Assembly (NCBI GenBank): GCA_046483305.1
Contig: JAWODM010000041.1
Span: forward strand, 16,486-80,485
Direction: 5' to 3'
DNA length: 64,000 nucleotides
Origin: Candidatus Krumholzibacteriales bacterium
Lineage (GTDB): Bacteria > Krumholzibacteriota > Krumholzibacteriia > Krumholzibacteriales > WJIX01
In this document: piece by piece, positions 38,535-48,226 of the stretch
Layout: every line of letters begins with the position of its first letter
How positions within the stretch are numbered: position 1 is the stretch's first letter
Notes under the pieces: generated by a model
Database searches by the model: none
What the model saw: only the letters and a program-made list of their open reading frames with translations
What the model was told of the DNA's origin: nothing
Made by a program: the position numbers and the translations under genes

Positions 38535-39896
38535 TCAACTGTCCTGATCAATTATTCTGTTGATACGTTTGCGTGATATCCCCAGCTCTTCGGCCGCCCT
38601 GTCCCTGTCCCCTTCGAAGTAATCGACGGTCTTTCTAACCTGATCTTCTATCACTTCATCAAGCTTCCGCAGTTTAAACGACTTCCCCTTCTTCCTCTCC
38701 CTGATCCTGCTGATCCCCCCTACCGTTCTGGGCAATGATTCCGGGGTAACCAGTTCCCCTTCCGCCTTGGTCACAGCGCTGGCCACGATGGTTCTCAATT
38801 CCTGTACATTGTTGGGATAATCATAATCTTCGAGTAATTCCAACGCTTCCTCGGAGAACCCCCTGATTTTCTTGCCGGCTTTCTCAGTTTCTTTCTTGAG
38901 GAAGTGCTCTGCCAGCAGAGGTATATCCACAACCCTCTCCCTCAGAGGCGGAATTCTTATGGAATTTATCATCAGATGATATAGAAGGTCCCTGCTGAAG
39001 CAGTCCTCGTACTCGGGAGCGGTAAGGTCCCTGGTAGAGGAGACTATTATTCTTACATCCGCCTCTCTGATCCTCGCAGAGCTTTCCCTGTAATATTCCC
39101 TGGTTTGAATAAGCCTCTTGAGCCTGGTCTGCATTGGATAATTAAAATGTTCTATGTTATTTAGAAACAGAGTCCCCTCATCAGCTTCCTCTACAAATCC
39201 CGGTTTTTCCTCTCTGGTACCTCCCCAGCTTCGGACCTGCCCGAAAACAAAAGCCGGAAGCTGATCCGCTTCGAAGTTGTTGGCTTCAACAGCTATAAAA
39301 GGCTCTGTGCTTCTGGGGCTGGCATTATGGATCGCCCTGGCCAGAGCCTCCTTGCCGGTGCCGCTCTCGCCCCAGATAAACAGGCTGAGGTCGCTGGAGG
39401 CCAGCTTCTCCGCCTGATGAAACATCCTTATCATTTCGGGGTCCTTTGAGGGCAGATATTCGAAGGCGTCCACATTCACCAGTTCCCTGCGGGAAAGCTC
39501 GGAGGGAAGCTCATCTATACTCCGGTGGAGGCTCCGGTGTTCGAGGGCGTCATCTATTATCTCAAGAAGCTTATCCTCATCCACCGGTTTGATAAGATAA
39601 TCAAAAACTCCCAGCTTCATCGATTTTACAGCCAGGTCAATATCATTCACTCCGGTCAGAACTATCACCGGGATATCTATGTTATTCTTTTTCATCGCGT
39701 TAAGAATATCCATTCCGGACACATTGGGCATATCCATATCCAGGAGTATAACGTCGAAATTATTATTCCTCAGAAGATCCATTACTCTCCTGGAATCGTT
39801 AACCACGGTGCTTTCAAAGCGGCCGGTCTGGGCTATGAAAACCTTGAAATAGTTAGTCACCGCGACATCGTCGTCAACAATCAGGATATGCTTCAT
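38535..39896 (-). CDS. NtrC-like response regulator with degenerate sigma54-AAA+ domain
   Basis: REC (VDDD, LDMDMP, KP); GESGTGKE; GAFTGA replaced by VRSWGG; Walker B FLNNIE; Fis-HTH. Confidence 0.85.
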   Translation of the reverse strand: MKHILIVDDDVAVTNYFKVFIAQTGRFESTVVNDSRRVMDLLRNNNFDVILLDMDMPNVSGMDILNAMKKNNIDIPVIVLTGVNDIDLAVKSMKLGVFDYLIKPVDEDKLLEIIDDALEHRSLHRSIDELPSELSRRELVNVDAFEYLPSKDPEMIRMFHQAEKLASSDLSLFIWGESGTGKEALARAIHNASPRSTEPFIAVEANNFEADQLPAFVFGQVRSWGGTREEKPGFVEEADEGTLFLNNIEHFNYPMQTRLKRLIQTREYYRESSARIREADVRIIVSSTRDLTAPEYEDCFSRDLLYHLMINSIRIPPLRERVVDIPLLAEHFLKKETEKAGKKIRGFSEEALELLEDYDYPNNVQELRTIVASAVTKAEGELVTPESLPRTVGGISRIRERKKGKSFKLRKLDEVIEDQVRKTVDYFEGDRDRAAEELGISRKRINRIIDQDS

Positions 39897-41875
39897 TTCC
39901 TCTTTCCTTCCTCGCCTCTGCCGGGAGCTTCAACAGGTATCTTTATGGTAAAAGTGGTGCCGCTGCCAACTCTGCTGTTAACCGAGATGTTTCCTCCATG
40001 CTCGTCAATTATCCGGAAAGCTATGGCCAGCCCCAGCCCGGTACCTCCCCTGGCCCTCTTGGTGGTAAAGAAGGGATCGAAAATCTGCTTCATGGTGGTC
40101 TCATTCATCCCGGTCCCGTTGTCCGCGACCTGAACCACGATATTCCCGTTCTCCAGCATGGTTCTTACCGTTATATGCCCTTTGCGGTCCTCTGGAATCG
40201 CCTGGCCGGCGTTGACGATGAGATTAACCAGCACCTGCTCGATCTTCTGGGCGTTGCCCTTGAAGGCAGGAAGGTCCTCCACCAGATCCAGCTCTATCTC
40301 CGCTCTCTTGTGAACTTCCTTGTATACCAGCCTGGTAGTAGCCTCCACCAGCGTGTTGATATCCACATTGTCGACCAGAAGCCCCTCATCCTTTTTGGTG
40401 AACGCCCTGAGGCCCTCCACAATACTCTTGATTCTCTCCGAGCCATGAGTCATATCTTCCACCAGAACCATTATATGTTCCTTGAAGAAATCATAATTCA
40501 GCCTGGCGATTCTCAGGTCGGGATGGTCTTCGTAATACCTGTCCACGATAGGGATCATATCTTCCATGGACTGCTTTATTATCTTGATATTTCCCCTGAT
40601 GAACTGGTTTGGGTTGTTTATTTCATGTCCGATCCCGCTGACCAGCTCTCCTATGGAAGCCAGTTTATCCGCCTGCTGGAGCTGCTGCTCGTAGGTCTTC
40701 TCCAGGGTAACATCCCTGTAAAATTCAAGGATGCCGTCTACCTCGTGCTTCTTGTTGAAGACAGGGAGGGCATGAACCTGAAGATATCTTTCGCCGTCCT
40801 TGATGGTGAGCGTCACCGGCGTTTTTTCATTCAGTATCCTGGCCAGGCGGCAGTCGTCACAGGGGCTCTCCCTGTCAAAGAGGCTGGAGTAACAGTGATC
40901 CCCCGGTTCTATATCCTCCCGGTTGGTCATTACTACCTTACGGTTTCTGTCCAGCAGGACTACCTCGTCGGGGATCGCCCTGAAGATAGTTTCCAGACGG
41001 CTTTTGGCCTTATCCCAGCCGTCGTTGACCCTGTTCAGATATGAATCCACTATTGACAGTTTCTTCTTCTGTTTATCCAGCTCCGCTGTTCTGTTCCTGA
41101 TCTCCTCCTTGAGTTCCTGGAGCTGGTCATGGTACTCCTTTTCCTCCCTGGCCATCCGTTCTACTTTTTCCTTCAATTCCTTACGGTCCAGCGCCAGATT
41201 GAGCATCCTCCCTACTTCATCGAGCATCTTCTGCTCTTCGGGAAGAAGCTTGATTAAATCATCGTGATACCCGACCTGTATCTCTCCCTTATCCTGATTC
41301 CATACCGTGAGTTTTACAGAGATATAATTACTGGATGACGGTTTCTGCCCGTACTCTACGCCGTCGTAATTGCTGTAGACCACTACTTCTTCGGGATGCA
41401 GCATCCCGGCGCTGAGATATCGAGGCAGCTTGTTGAAGAATTCCTTCACGGTTTCCGAAGTTTCTATTAATTCCGCGATATTGTATATACAGGTAAGCTC
41501 CTTGACCCTCTCATCCTTTTCCCACTCCTTGTCCTTACTGAGGGAACCCATGGTATTGCCGAAGAAGAGATACAAATCTTCCCCTTCACGGTCCAGGTAT
41601 CCTGTTTTCAGAGGTATGGAACGGCCGTCCCTGGAGACAAACAGGGCGATACCGCGGTTGCCCTCCCGGGCCTGCTCCATGGAGGAAGAAAAGCTTTTCC
41701 ACGAAGAGGGGGTAACTATCTCTTTGATATTTCTGCTGTTGGGGGAGCTGTCTCCTCCCAGTTCATCCTCGGCGATATGCCTGCTGGTATGGATTATTCT
41801 GCCGTCTCCGTCCAGCACCAGCAGGTACTCAAAATTGCTCTCAAGGCATGAATATACATTCTGGAGTTTTATCAT
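39893..41875 (-). CDS. PAS-domain sensor histidine kinase (cytoplasmic)
   Basis: HEINNP H-box, NLIVNA, DNGTG, FDPFFTTK, GTGLGL; no TM segments. Confidence 0.93.
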   Translation of the reverse strand: MIKLQNVYSCLESNFEYLLVLDGDGRIIHTSRHIAEDELGGDSSPNSRNIKEIVTPSSWKSFSSSMEQAREGNRGIALFVSRDGRSIPLKTGYLDREGEDLYLFFGNTMGSLSKDKEWEKDERVKELTCIYNIAELIETSETVKEFFNKLPRYLSAGMLHPEEVVVYSNYDGVEYGQKPSSSNYISVKLTVWNQDKGEIQVGYHDDLIKLLPEEQKMLDEVGRMLNLALDRKELKEKVERMAREEKEYHDQLQELKEEIRNRTAELDKQKKKLSIVDSYLNRVNDGWDKAKSRLETIFRAIPDEVVLLDRNRKVVMTNREDIEPGDHCYSSLFDRESPCDDCRLARILNEKTPVTLTIKDGERYLQVHALPVFNKKHEVDGILEFYRDVTLEKTYEQQLQQADKLASIGELVSGIGHEINNPNQFIRGNIKIIKQSMEDMIPIVDRYYEDHPDLRIARLNYDFFKEHIMVLVEDMTHGSERIKSIVEGLRAFTKKDEGLLVDNVDINTLVEATTRLVYKEVHKRAEIELDLVEDLPAFKGNAQKIEQVLVNLIVNAGQAIPEDRKGHITVRTMLENGNIVVQVADNGTGMNETTMKQIFDPFFTTKRARGGTGLGLAIAFRIIDEHGGNISVNSRVGSGTTFTIKIPVEAPGRGEEGKRK

Positions 41876-42038
41876 CTTCGTCTCCCGTTGGGTATTTTTC
41901 CAGATCGCTCGAGGATATTCAAACGCGCAAATTCATTTTCAGTCAGGCAATCTCATCGCTCCGGCTCTTGCGATAACGGCAACAGGATACCGTCGGGAAA
42001 CCGGCAGCCACGACAAATATCCCCTTTACGCGTTAATA

Positions 42039-45000
42039 TTATATAACCTTATAATGTTTTATACCAACATTAATAATTTCCTGCTTATACCTGCCGTACT
42101 GAGTAAGAGGCTGAGGTATAGCCGGAGGCCTGGTTCCGATGGGGGCCCTGACCAGATTAGGTTCAGGCAGGGAGGTGCGTTCTTCCCCGGTATTCCAGTA
42201 GTAGGGAATCAGCTCTGTCCCGATATTCTTCCTGACCATTTTCTCTATCTCTCCGGTAAGCTCCCCGGCGAGTTTCACGCCGATGGCTGACGCCACCTCG
42301 CAAAGGACTTCCCTGCCCGAAACAGGCGCCGGAGGCTCAACCGCCCTATCATAACGGATGACTTTCCCCTCGAAATTGCAGCGGGTCCCCTCGGTCTCCA
42401 GGTAGGTAGAGCCGGGGAGCAGCACTTCGGCCATCCTGGTGGTCTCGGTATCAGTCCAGTCCATGGCGGCAAGAAAATCGACATTGGAGAACCAGGATTC
42501 TGTCCTGACCCATGACATCGGATCTTCCCCGATCACCAGCGCCGCCTTTATCTCCGCATTTTCAAGCATCTGCCGGAGCTCCTCGCGGGTGCCGGCTCCC
42601 TTGAGGCCGCGTGAAGGCTCAGTCCTTCCCGGCGCGAATGAGGGATCGCACCCCATCAACTCCACGCCCGCGCTGTTAGCCCAGCTGCGCGGAAGCAGAA
42701 GGTCCGCTTCGATGCCGGAACGCCTGAGCAGAATCACCATATTGGCAAGGGTCTCGATATCGCCCTCCGCCCTGTCCTGGGGACGGTCGGGCGAATGAAC
42801 AACCACAACTCTTTCCGCCGAAGAGATTATTTCCGCGGCTTCGGTAATCTTCGCTTCATCCACACCGGTAATGCCGGAGATGCTCTTGAGGCCCGAAGCT
42901 GTTTCCGGGCTGACACCGTCAAGTTTACTGATATCTTCGTCCATCCCGCTCCCCAGGACGCCCTTTTCGTGAAGAGCCTGAATAACTCCCTTCCACAGCA
43001 GCGCAGCCCGGCCCCTCATCGGGTCCATTACCAGAGAGGCAAGCGTCCGGTCGGTATAGTCAAGGGCCGAATTGATCACCATCAGCCGGGCGCCTTTCCT
43101 GACCGCGTCGATAACTTCAACGCTCAGTATCAGGTGATCCGTCTCTATGGAGGTATTATTGCAGATAATAAGGTCCGCTTCTCTCAGAGACTCTCTGCCG
43201 GCCGTTCCCGCATTGAAACCGAAAGACCGGTCCAGCGCCCCCGCTTTCATTCCGCCGGTAATAAGAGAGAGCGAAGATATATTATTGGTTCCCAGCCCAT
43301 CCCTGGCGATTTTCGAAGCCAGGTAGAGCTCTTCGTTGGTAAGATCCGGCGACACGAAAACAGCTACCTTTTCCGGGCCGAATTCCTCCGCCGCTTCTTT
43401 CAGCTTTCCGGCTGCGAAATCCGCCGCCTCTCCCACCTCTGCCTTCTCCGGAACGCCCATGGCCCTTATTTCCGCTGATTCAATTCTGTCCTTCTTGATA
43501 AAAATCTCGGTTCCGAATCTTCCGTACCTGCAGAGATATTCACCCGGGGTATCCGAGGAACCGATAAAGTAATTCCTGTCGCTGATCTTATTCACATTTA
43601 TCGGGCAGGCCAGTGAGCAGAAAGCACAGTGCGATTCCATCCTGTCAGTATAGAGAGCGGCTCTTCCCGGAAACGGGTATTTGATGGTAAGAGCTCCGGT
43701 GGGACATGAATCCACGCAGTTGCCGCAGCTCACACAGCTGGTATCAACCAGCGGATCGTTCAAGGCCGGCCTCATTTCGGTCTTGAACCCCCTGTTAACC
43801 AGTCCGAGAGCTGAGATGGGAAGCACTCTCTCGCATGTCCTTATGCACCTGGCGCACAGAATGCACTTGTTCGGATCGTAAACTACATAGGGATGCCTGT
43901 CGTCCACCTTGTGCTTTCTCGCATAACCCTTGAATTCGTTCATGTCCACCCCGTACTTCTCCGCCTGAAGCCGCAGGTCGCAGTCGTAGTACCGGAGGCA
44001 TCCGCATGACAGGCACCTGTCGCATTCATGGATATTGTCTTCGTAATCAAAACCGGTAGCCACCTCGTTGAAATTTCCCTTCCGCTGCTCCACATCGAGC
44101 ATGTTAAGAACATGCCTGGGGGTTTCCCTTACATCTCCGAGCTCTTTCCTGCCGGGATCCTTCCAGAATCCCTTCTCGATTCTGAAATCCTCTTCCTGGC
44201 GGGCCCTGCCGGTAATGTACGCATCTATCGCCGCGGCGGCCCGCTGGCCGTCCCTGATGGCGTCGATAACCACGGTAGGGCCGTCATCCGCCGCATCTCC
44301 GCCAGCGTAGACTCCCTCCACATTGGTCTCCATGGTGTCGGTATCGATTATGAAAGTGTTCCATCTGGTAAAATCAATCCTGTCCCCATTGGTGTCGGTC
44401 AATCCATCCACATCGGGCGACTGGCCTATCGCCGGCACCGCAAGGTCGCACGGGAAATCGAACTGGGACCCTTCCAGGGGGACCGGGCGGCGCCTTCCGG
44501 AATCATCCGGTTCGCCCAGTTTCATCTTAATGCACCGGAGCGCCTTGAGCCGGCCGTTCTCCTTTATTATCCCCACCGGAGCGGCCAGTTCCATCAGCTC
44601 AATCCCTTCATCCAGGCAGTCTTCTATCTCCATTTCGTCGGCTGGCATCTCCGCCTTGGTTCTCCGGTACAGCACTATTACCTTATCCGCTCCCAGCCTC
44701 CAGGATGTCCTGGCAACATCCATGGCGGTGTTGCCCCCTCCCACCACAATCACGGTACCTGATACCGGCTCAGGATTATCGGTCTTCTCACGGAGAAATT
44801 CAGCCCCCCTGACGACCCCCTCGGTTTCATCCTCACCCTCCACTCTCATCGGTTTGCCTACCCAGGCGCCGGTAGCCAGGAATAGGGCATCATGTTTCTT
44901 CCGCAGCTCCTTAAGTTCTATATCCTCACCTACCCTGGTATTGTACTTGATCTCCGCTCCCGCCCTGCAGATATAATCTACTTCAGCATCCAGTACGGAA

Positions 45001-45728
45001 TCGGTCAGCCGGTACTCAGGGATACCGTATCTCAGCATCCCGCCGGAGCGGTCCCGGGCTTCGTAAATTACCGGGTTATGACCCTTTTTCCCAAGAAACC
45101 AGGCGGCGGTCAGCCCCGCCGGCCCGGAACCCACTATTCCGACCGTCTTTCCGGTATCGGGCTCCCTCTCCGGATCCGCCTCGTATATCCCGTCTATATC
45201 GGTAAGAAACCTCTTGATATTATTAATCGCCACCGGTTCATCAACATCCTGGCGCCTGCACACCACCTCGCACTTCCTGACGCATACCCTCCCGCATATT
45301 GCGGGAAGGGGATTGGTCTTCCTGATGAGATCAACCGCTTTGACATATTCTCCCATGGCGCTCAGCGCGATGTACCCCTGGGCGTCCACACCCGCCGGGC
45401 ACCCTTCCATACAGGGTGAAACGCAGTCTGCGTAATGGTTGGAGCAGAGGAGTTCCAGGGCCATCTTCCTGGCGCTGATTACCCGCTCGTTATTGGTCAC
45501 TATCTCCATTCCGTCTTCCACTCTGGTGGCGCAGGAGGGAACCAGGCCTCTCTTACCCCTGACCTCTACCACGCAGACAAAGCAGGACCCATACGGCTCC
45601 AGCTCGGGCGAATAGCAGAGAGTGGGGATCTCGTCCAGATCGTTCTCTTTAACTACTTCCAGGATAGTCTTACCAGGCTCGGTTTCGATCTCAGTGCCGT
45701 TTATGGTTACTTTAATCTTTTCTTCCAT
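42039..45728 (-). CDS. StnC-like large subunit: 2Fe-2S + GltD/NfnB-type FAD/NADP(H) domain + 4Fe-4S + Mo-enzyme-like domain lacking a Mo ligand
   Basis: PTLC..CFVC, NPLPAICGRVC, GSGPAG, GGGNTAMD..YRR, CILCARC..CVSCGNC, HCAFCSLAC; start at 45728 behind AGGAG. Confidence 0.85.
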   Translation of the reverse strand: MEEKIKVTINGTEIETEPGKTILEVVKENDLDEIPTLCYSPELEPYGSCFVCVVEVRGKRGLVPSCATRVEDGMEIVTNNERVISARKMALELLCSNHYADCVSPCMEGCPAGVDAQGYIALSAMGEYVKAVDLIRKTNPLPAICGRVCVRKCEVVCRRQDVDEPVAINNIKRFLTDIDGIYEADPEREPDTGKTVGIVGSGPAGLTAAWFLGKKGHNPVIYEARDRSGGMLRYGIPEYRLTDSVLDAEVDYICRAGAEIKYNTRVGEDIELKELRKKHDALFLATGAWVGKPMRVEGEDETEGVVRGAEFLREKTDNPEPVSGTVIVVGGGNTAMDVARTSWRLGADKVIVLYRRTKAEMPADEMEIEDCLDEGIELMELAAPVGIIKENGRLKALRCIKMKLGEPDDSGRRRPVPLEGSQFDFPCDLAVPAIGQSPDVDGLTDTNGDRIDFTRWNTFIIDTDTMETNVEGVYAGGDAADDGPTVVIDAIRDGQRAAAAIDAYITGRARQEEDFRIEKGFWKDPGRKELGDVRETPRHVLNMLDVEQRKGNFNEVATGFDYEDNIHECDRCLSCGCLRYYDCDLRLQAEKYGVDMNEFKGYARKHKVDDRHPYVVYDPNKCILCARCIRTCERVLPISALGLVNRGFKTEMRPALNDPLVDTSCVSCGNCVDSCPTGALTIKYPFPGRAALYTDRMESHCAFCSLACPINVNKISDRNYFIGSSDTPGEYLCRYGRFGTEIFIKKDRIESAEIRAMGVPEKAEVGEAADFAAGKLKEAAEEFGPEKVAVFVSPDLTNEELYLASKIARDGLGTNNISSLSLITGGMKAGALDRSFGFNAGTAGRESLREADLIICNNTSIETDHLILSVEVIDAVRKGARLMVINSALDYTDRTLASLVMDPMRGRAALLWKGVIQALHEKGVLGSGMDEDISKLDGVSPETASGLKSISGITGVDEAKITEAAEIISSAERVVVVHSPDRPQDRAEGDIETLANMVILLRRSGIEADLLLPRSWANSAGVELMGCDPSFAPGRTEPSRGLKGAGTREELRQMLENAEIKAALVIGEDPMSWVRTESWFSNVDFLAAMDWTDTETTRMAEVLLPGSTYLETEGTRCNFEGKVIRYDRAVEPPAPVSGREVLCEVASAIGVKLAGELTGEIEKMVRKNIGTELIPYYWNTGEERTSLPEPNLVRAPIGTRPPAIPQPLTQYGRYKQEIINVGIKHYKVI

Positions 45729-45739
45729 CAATACGCTCC

Positions 45740-47518
45740 TCAACTCTTGTAAACTGCATCAAACCTGCAGCTGGTAATGCATTTGCCGCATTTAACACAG
45801 ATGGAGTTGTCTATTTCATGGGTTTTCTTCGGCTCGCCGCTTATAGCGTCCACCGGACAGTTTTTAGCGCATAGCGTGCACCCGGTGCATTTTTCCGGAT
45901 CGATATTGAAATCGACCAGGGCGGAACATGAACAGGCCGGGCACTTCTTGTCCAGGATATGCGCCTCATATTCATCTCTGAAATACTTTGCAGTGGTCAG
46001 CACCGGATTGGGCGCGGTCTGACCCAGGCCGCAGAGGCTGGATTCGATAATCCTCTTCCCCCACTTCTCCAGTTTTTCGATGTCCCCCTCCTGGCCTTCG
46101 CCCTTGGTTATTCTTTCCAGGGCCTCCAGCATCCTGAGGGTCCCAATCCTGCAGAAGGTACACTTGCCGCAGGATTCCTTCTGGGTGAAATCGAGGAAGA
46201 ACCTGGCTATTTCCACCATGCAGTTGGTTTCATCCATGACCACCATTCCACCGGACCCCATAATCGCGCCGGTGGCCGGGATCGATTCAAAATCAACCGG
46301 CGTGCCGGAAAGCTTTGCCGGTATGCAGCCCCCGGAGGGCCCTCCCATCTGAACCGCCTTGAACTCCCTGTCCTGTTTTATTCCTCCACCCACCTTGAAT
46401 ACCAGGTCTTCTATGGTGGTTCCCATCTCAACCTCCGCCAGGCCGCCCCTCTTAACCTTTCCGGCCAGGGCGAAAACCTTGGTTCCCTTGCTCTTTTCAG
46501 TCCCGTACCGGGCGTATTCTCCTGCCCCCCGGGATATTATCCAGGGTACGTTGGCGTATGTTTCCACGTTATTGTTATTGGTGGGCTTGCCCCACAAACC
46601 TTCCGCTGCGGGGTAGGGAGGCCTCAGCGTAGGCATCCCCCGGTGGCCCTCAATGGAAGCTATCAGAGCGGTCTCCTCTCCGCACACAAAAGCTCCGGCG
46701 CCCTGTTTGATCTTCAGGTCAAAGTCAAACCCCGAACCCATTATATCCTCCCCCAGATAACCCTTTTCCCTGGCTTCCTGTATGGCTATCTCCAGCCGCC
46801 TGATGGCCAGGGGATACTCCGCCCGGCAGTAAATATAACCGAAGGAAGCACCTATCGCTTTTCCGCAGATTATCATTCCCTCCAGGACCGCGTGGGGATC
46901 TCCCTCCAGCACCGAGCGGTCCATGAAAGCGCCCGGGTCTCCCTCGTCCGCGTTGCATATCACGTACTTTATGTCGCTCTCGTTCCGGGCCGCCAGAGAC
47001 CATTTGAAACCGGTGGGGAATCCTCCCCCGCCCCGCCCCCTCAGTCCGGATTCCTTGACCTCTTCGATTATCTGATCCGGCTCCATTTCCAGCAGCGCCT
47101 TCTTCAGTCCCTGATACCCCCCGGCTTCCTCGTACTCATCGATCTTCTCCGGATTGATGCTCCCGCAGTGTCTCAGGACGATCCTGGTCTGCAGGTTATA
47201 AAAATCAGACTGCGGCCCGGCAGCTTCCCCCTCCGGGCCCAGCTCCAGAACTACTTTCTCCTTTATTATTTTCCCCTTTTTGATGTACTCTTCCAGCAGT
47301 TCTTCAACAGACTCCGGGTCCACTTCCCCGTAGATAACCCTTCTATCGCCGTCCCGGACCTCCACCAGAGGCTCCAGATAGCACATCCCGATGCATCCCG
47401 CTCTGGTCAATTCGAAGTCGCCGCCGTTTTTCCGGCGAATCTCCTCGATCCTGTCGTAGACCTCCTGCGCTCCCGCTGAAAGCCCGCAAGTTCCCATCCC
47501 GACAATTACTTTTTTCAT
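45740..47518 (-). CDS. NuoF/HydB/StnB-like FMN/NADH-binding subunit
   Basis: N-terminal thioredoxin-like Fe-S region, GRGGGGFP, NADEGDPGAFMDR, CGEE, CGKCTFC, C-terminal 2x[4Fe-4S]. Confidence 0.92.
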   Translation of the reverse strand: MKKVIVGMGTCGLSAGAQEVYDRIEEIRRKNGGDFELTRAGCIGMCYLEPLVEVRDGDRRVIYGEVDPESVEELLEEYIKKGKIIKEKVVLELGPEGEAAGPQSDFYNLQTRIVLRHCGSINPEKIDEYEEAGGYQGLKKALLEMEPDQIIEEVKESGLRGRGGGGFPTGFKWSLAARNESDIKYVICNADEGDPGAFMDRSVLEGDPHAVLEGMIICGKAIGASFGYIYCRAEYPLAIRRLEIAIQEAREKGYLGEDIMGSGFDFDLKIKQGAGAFVCGEETALIASIEGHRGMPTLRPPYPAAEGLWGKPTNNNNVETYANVPWIISRGAGEYARYGTEKSKGTKVFALAGKVKRGGLAEVEMGTTIEDLVFKVGGGIKQDREFKAVQMGGPSGGCIPAKLSGTPVDFESIPATGAIMGSGGMVVMDETNCMVEIARFFLDFTQKESCGKCTFCRIGTLRMLEALERITKGEGQEGDIEKLEKWGKRIIESSLCGLGQTAPNPVLTTAKYFRDEYEAHILDKKCPACSCSALVDFNIDPEKCTGCTLCAKNCPVDAISGEPKKTHEIDNSICVKCGKCITSCRFDAVYKS

Positions 47519-47632
47519 ACCAGAACTCCCGTTTCGAACATAAAGATTATTTCCTGTATCAGGCTGCCGCCGGCTTCGGCGCATACCTCCGGCGCCCGCG
47601 CGCCACCGGGACTATTTCTGCAAACCGGATTT

Positions 47633-48142
47633 CTACTTCCTTGCATCTGCATCACAGGCGGCGCCGCTTTCCTGGCTCAAACTCTTTTCGCCTCTCCTGT
47701 ATTTCCTGATTATATTTCTTGCCTCTGATGGTGTAAGGCGCCCGTGGGTATTATCATTCACCATGATCACCGGGGCCAGGGAACAACATCCTATGCAGGC
47801 CACCGTATTCAGGGTGAACATGCCGTCTTTGGTAGTCTCTCCGACCTCTATACCCAGTTCATCCTCTATAGTATCCCTGATCAGATCAGCACCCGACACA
47901 TGACAGGCTGTACCGGCACATGCCCTTATTACATACTTGCCCATTGGCCTCAGCCTGAACTGGCTGTAGAATGTAATAACTCCGAAAACTTCGGATTCAG
48001 GAATGCCTGTAACTGTGGAGATATAGTCGATCGCTCTTCGCGGAATGTAACCGAAATGGTCCTGAGCGGACTGAAGGAGCGGAATCAATTCCCCGGGGGA
48101 CCCGTCGTAGCGCCAGAGATTGTGAGTGAATTCCTCTCTCAT
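47633..48142 (-). CDS. NuoE/HydC/StnA-like [2Fe-2S] subunit
   Basis: LIPLLQ..Q..FGY, TFYSQF, CAGTAC, CIGCC..AP. Confidence 0.92.
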   Translation of the reverse strand: MREEFTHNLWRYDGSPGELIPLLQSAQDHFGYIPRRAIDYISTVTGIPESEVFGVITFYSQFRLRPMGKYVIRACAGTACHVSGADLIRDTIEDELGIEVGETTKDGMFTLNTVACIGCCSLAPVIMVNDNTHGRLTPSEARNIIRKYRRGEKSLSQESGAACDADARK

Positions 48143-48226
48143 TTATCACTACTTTCTCTATTCAAGCCATTTTAACCTTACTCCATGGATGAAACCTATC
48201 GATTCATCCCTAAGCTGATTTATTAT

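Noticed and set aside
42039..45728. Formate dehydrogenase or [FeFe]-hydrogenase catalytic subunit
   Set aside because: No Mo-ligating Cys/Sec motif and no H-cluster motifs.
45959..47479. Long antisense ORFs (e.g. 506 aa here, 39998-41044, 61101-62051)
   Set aside because: Shadow frames of well-supported opposite-strand genes, with no motifs.
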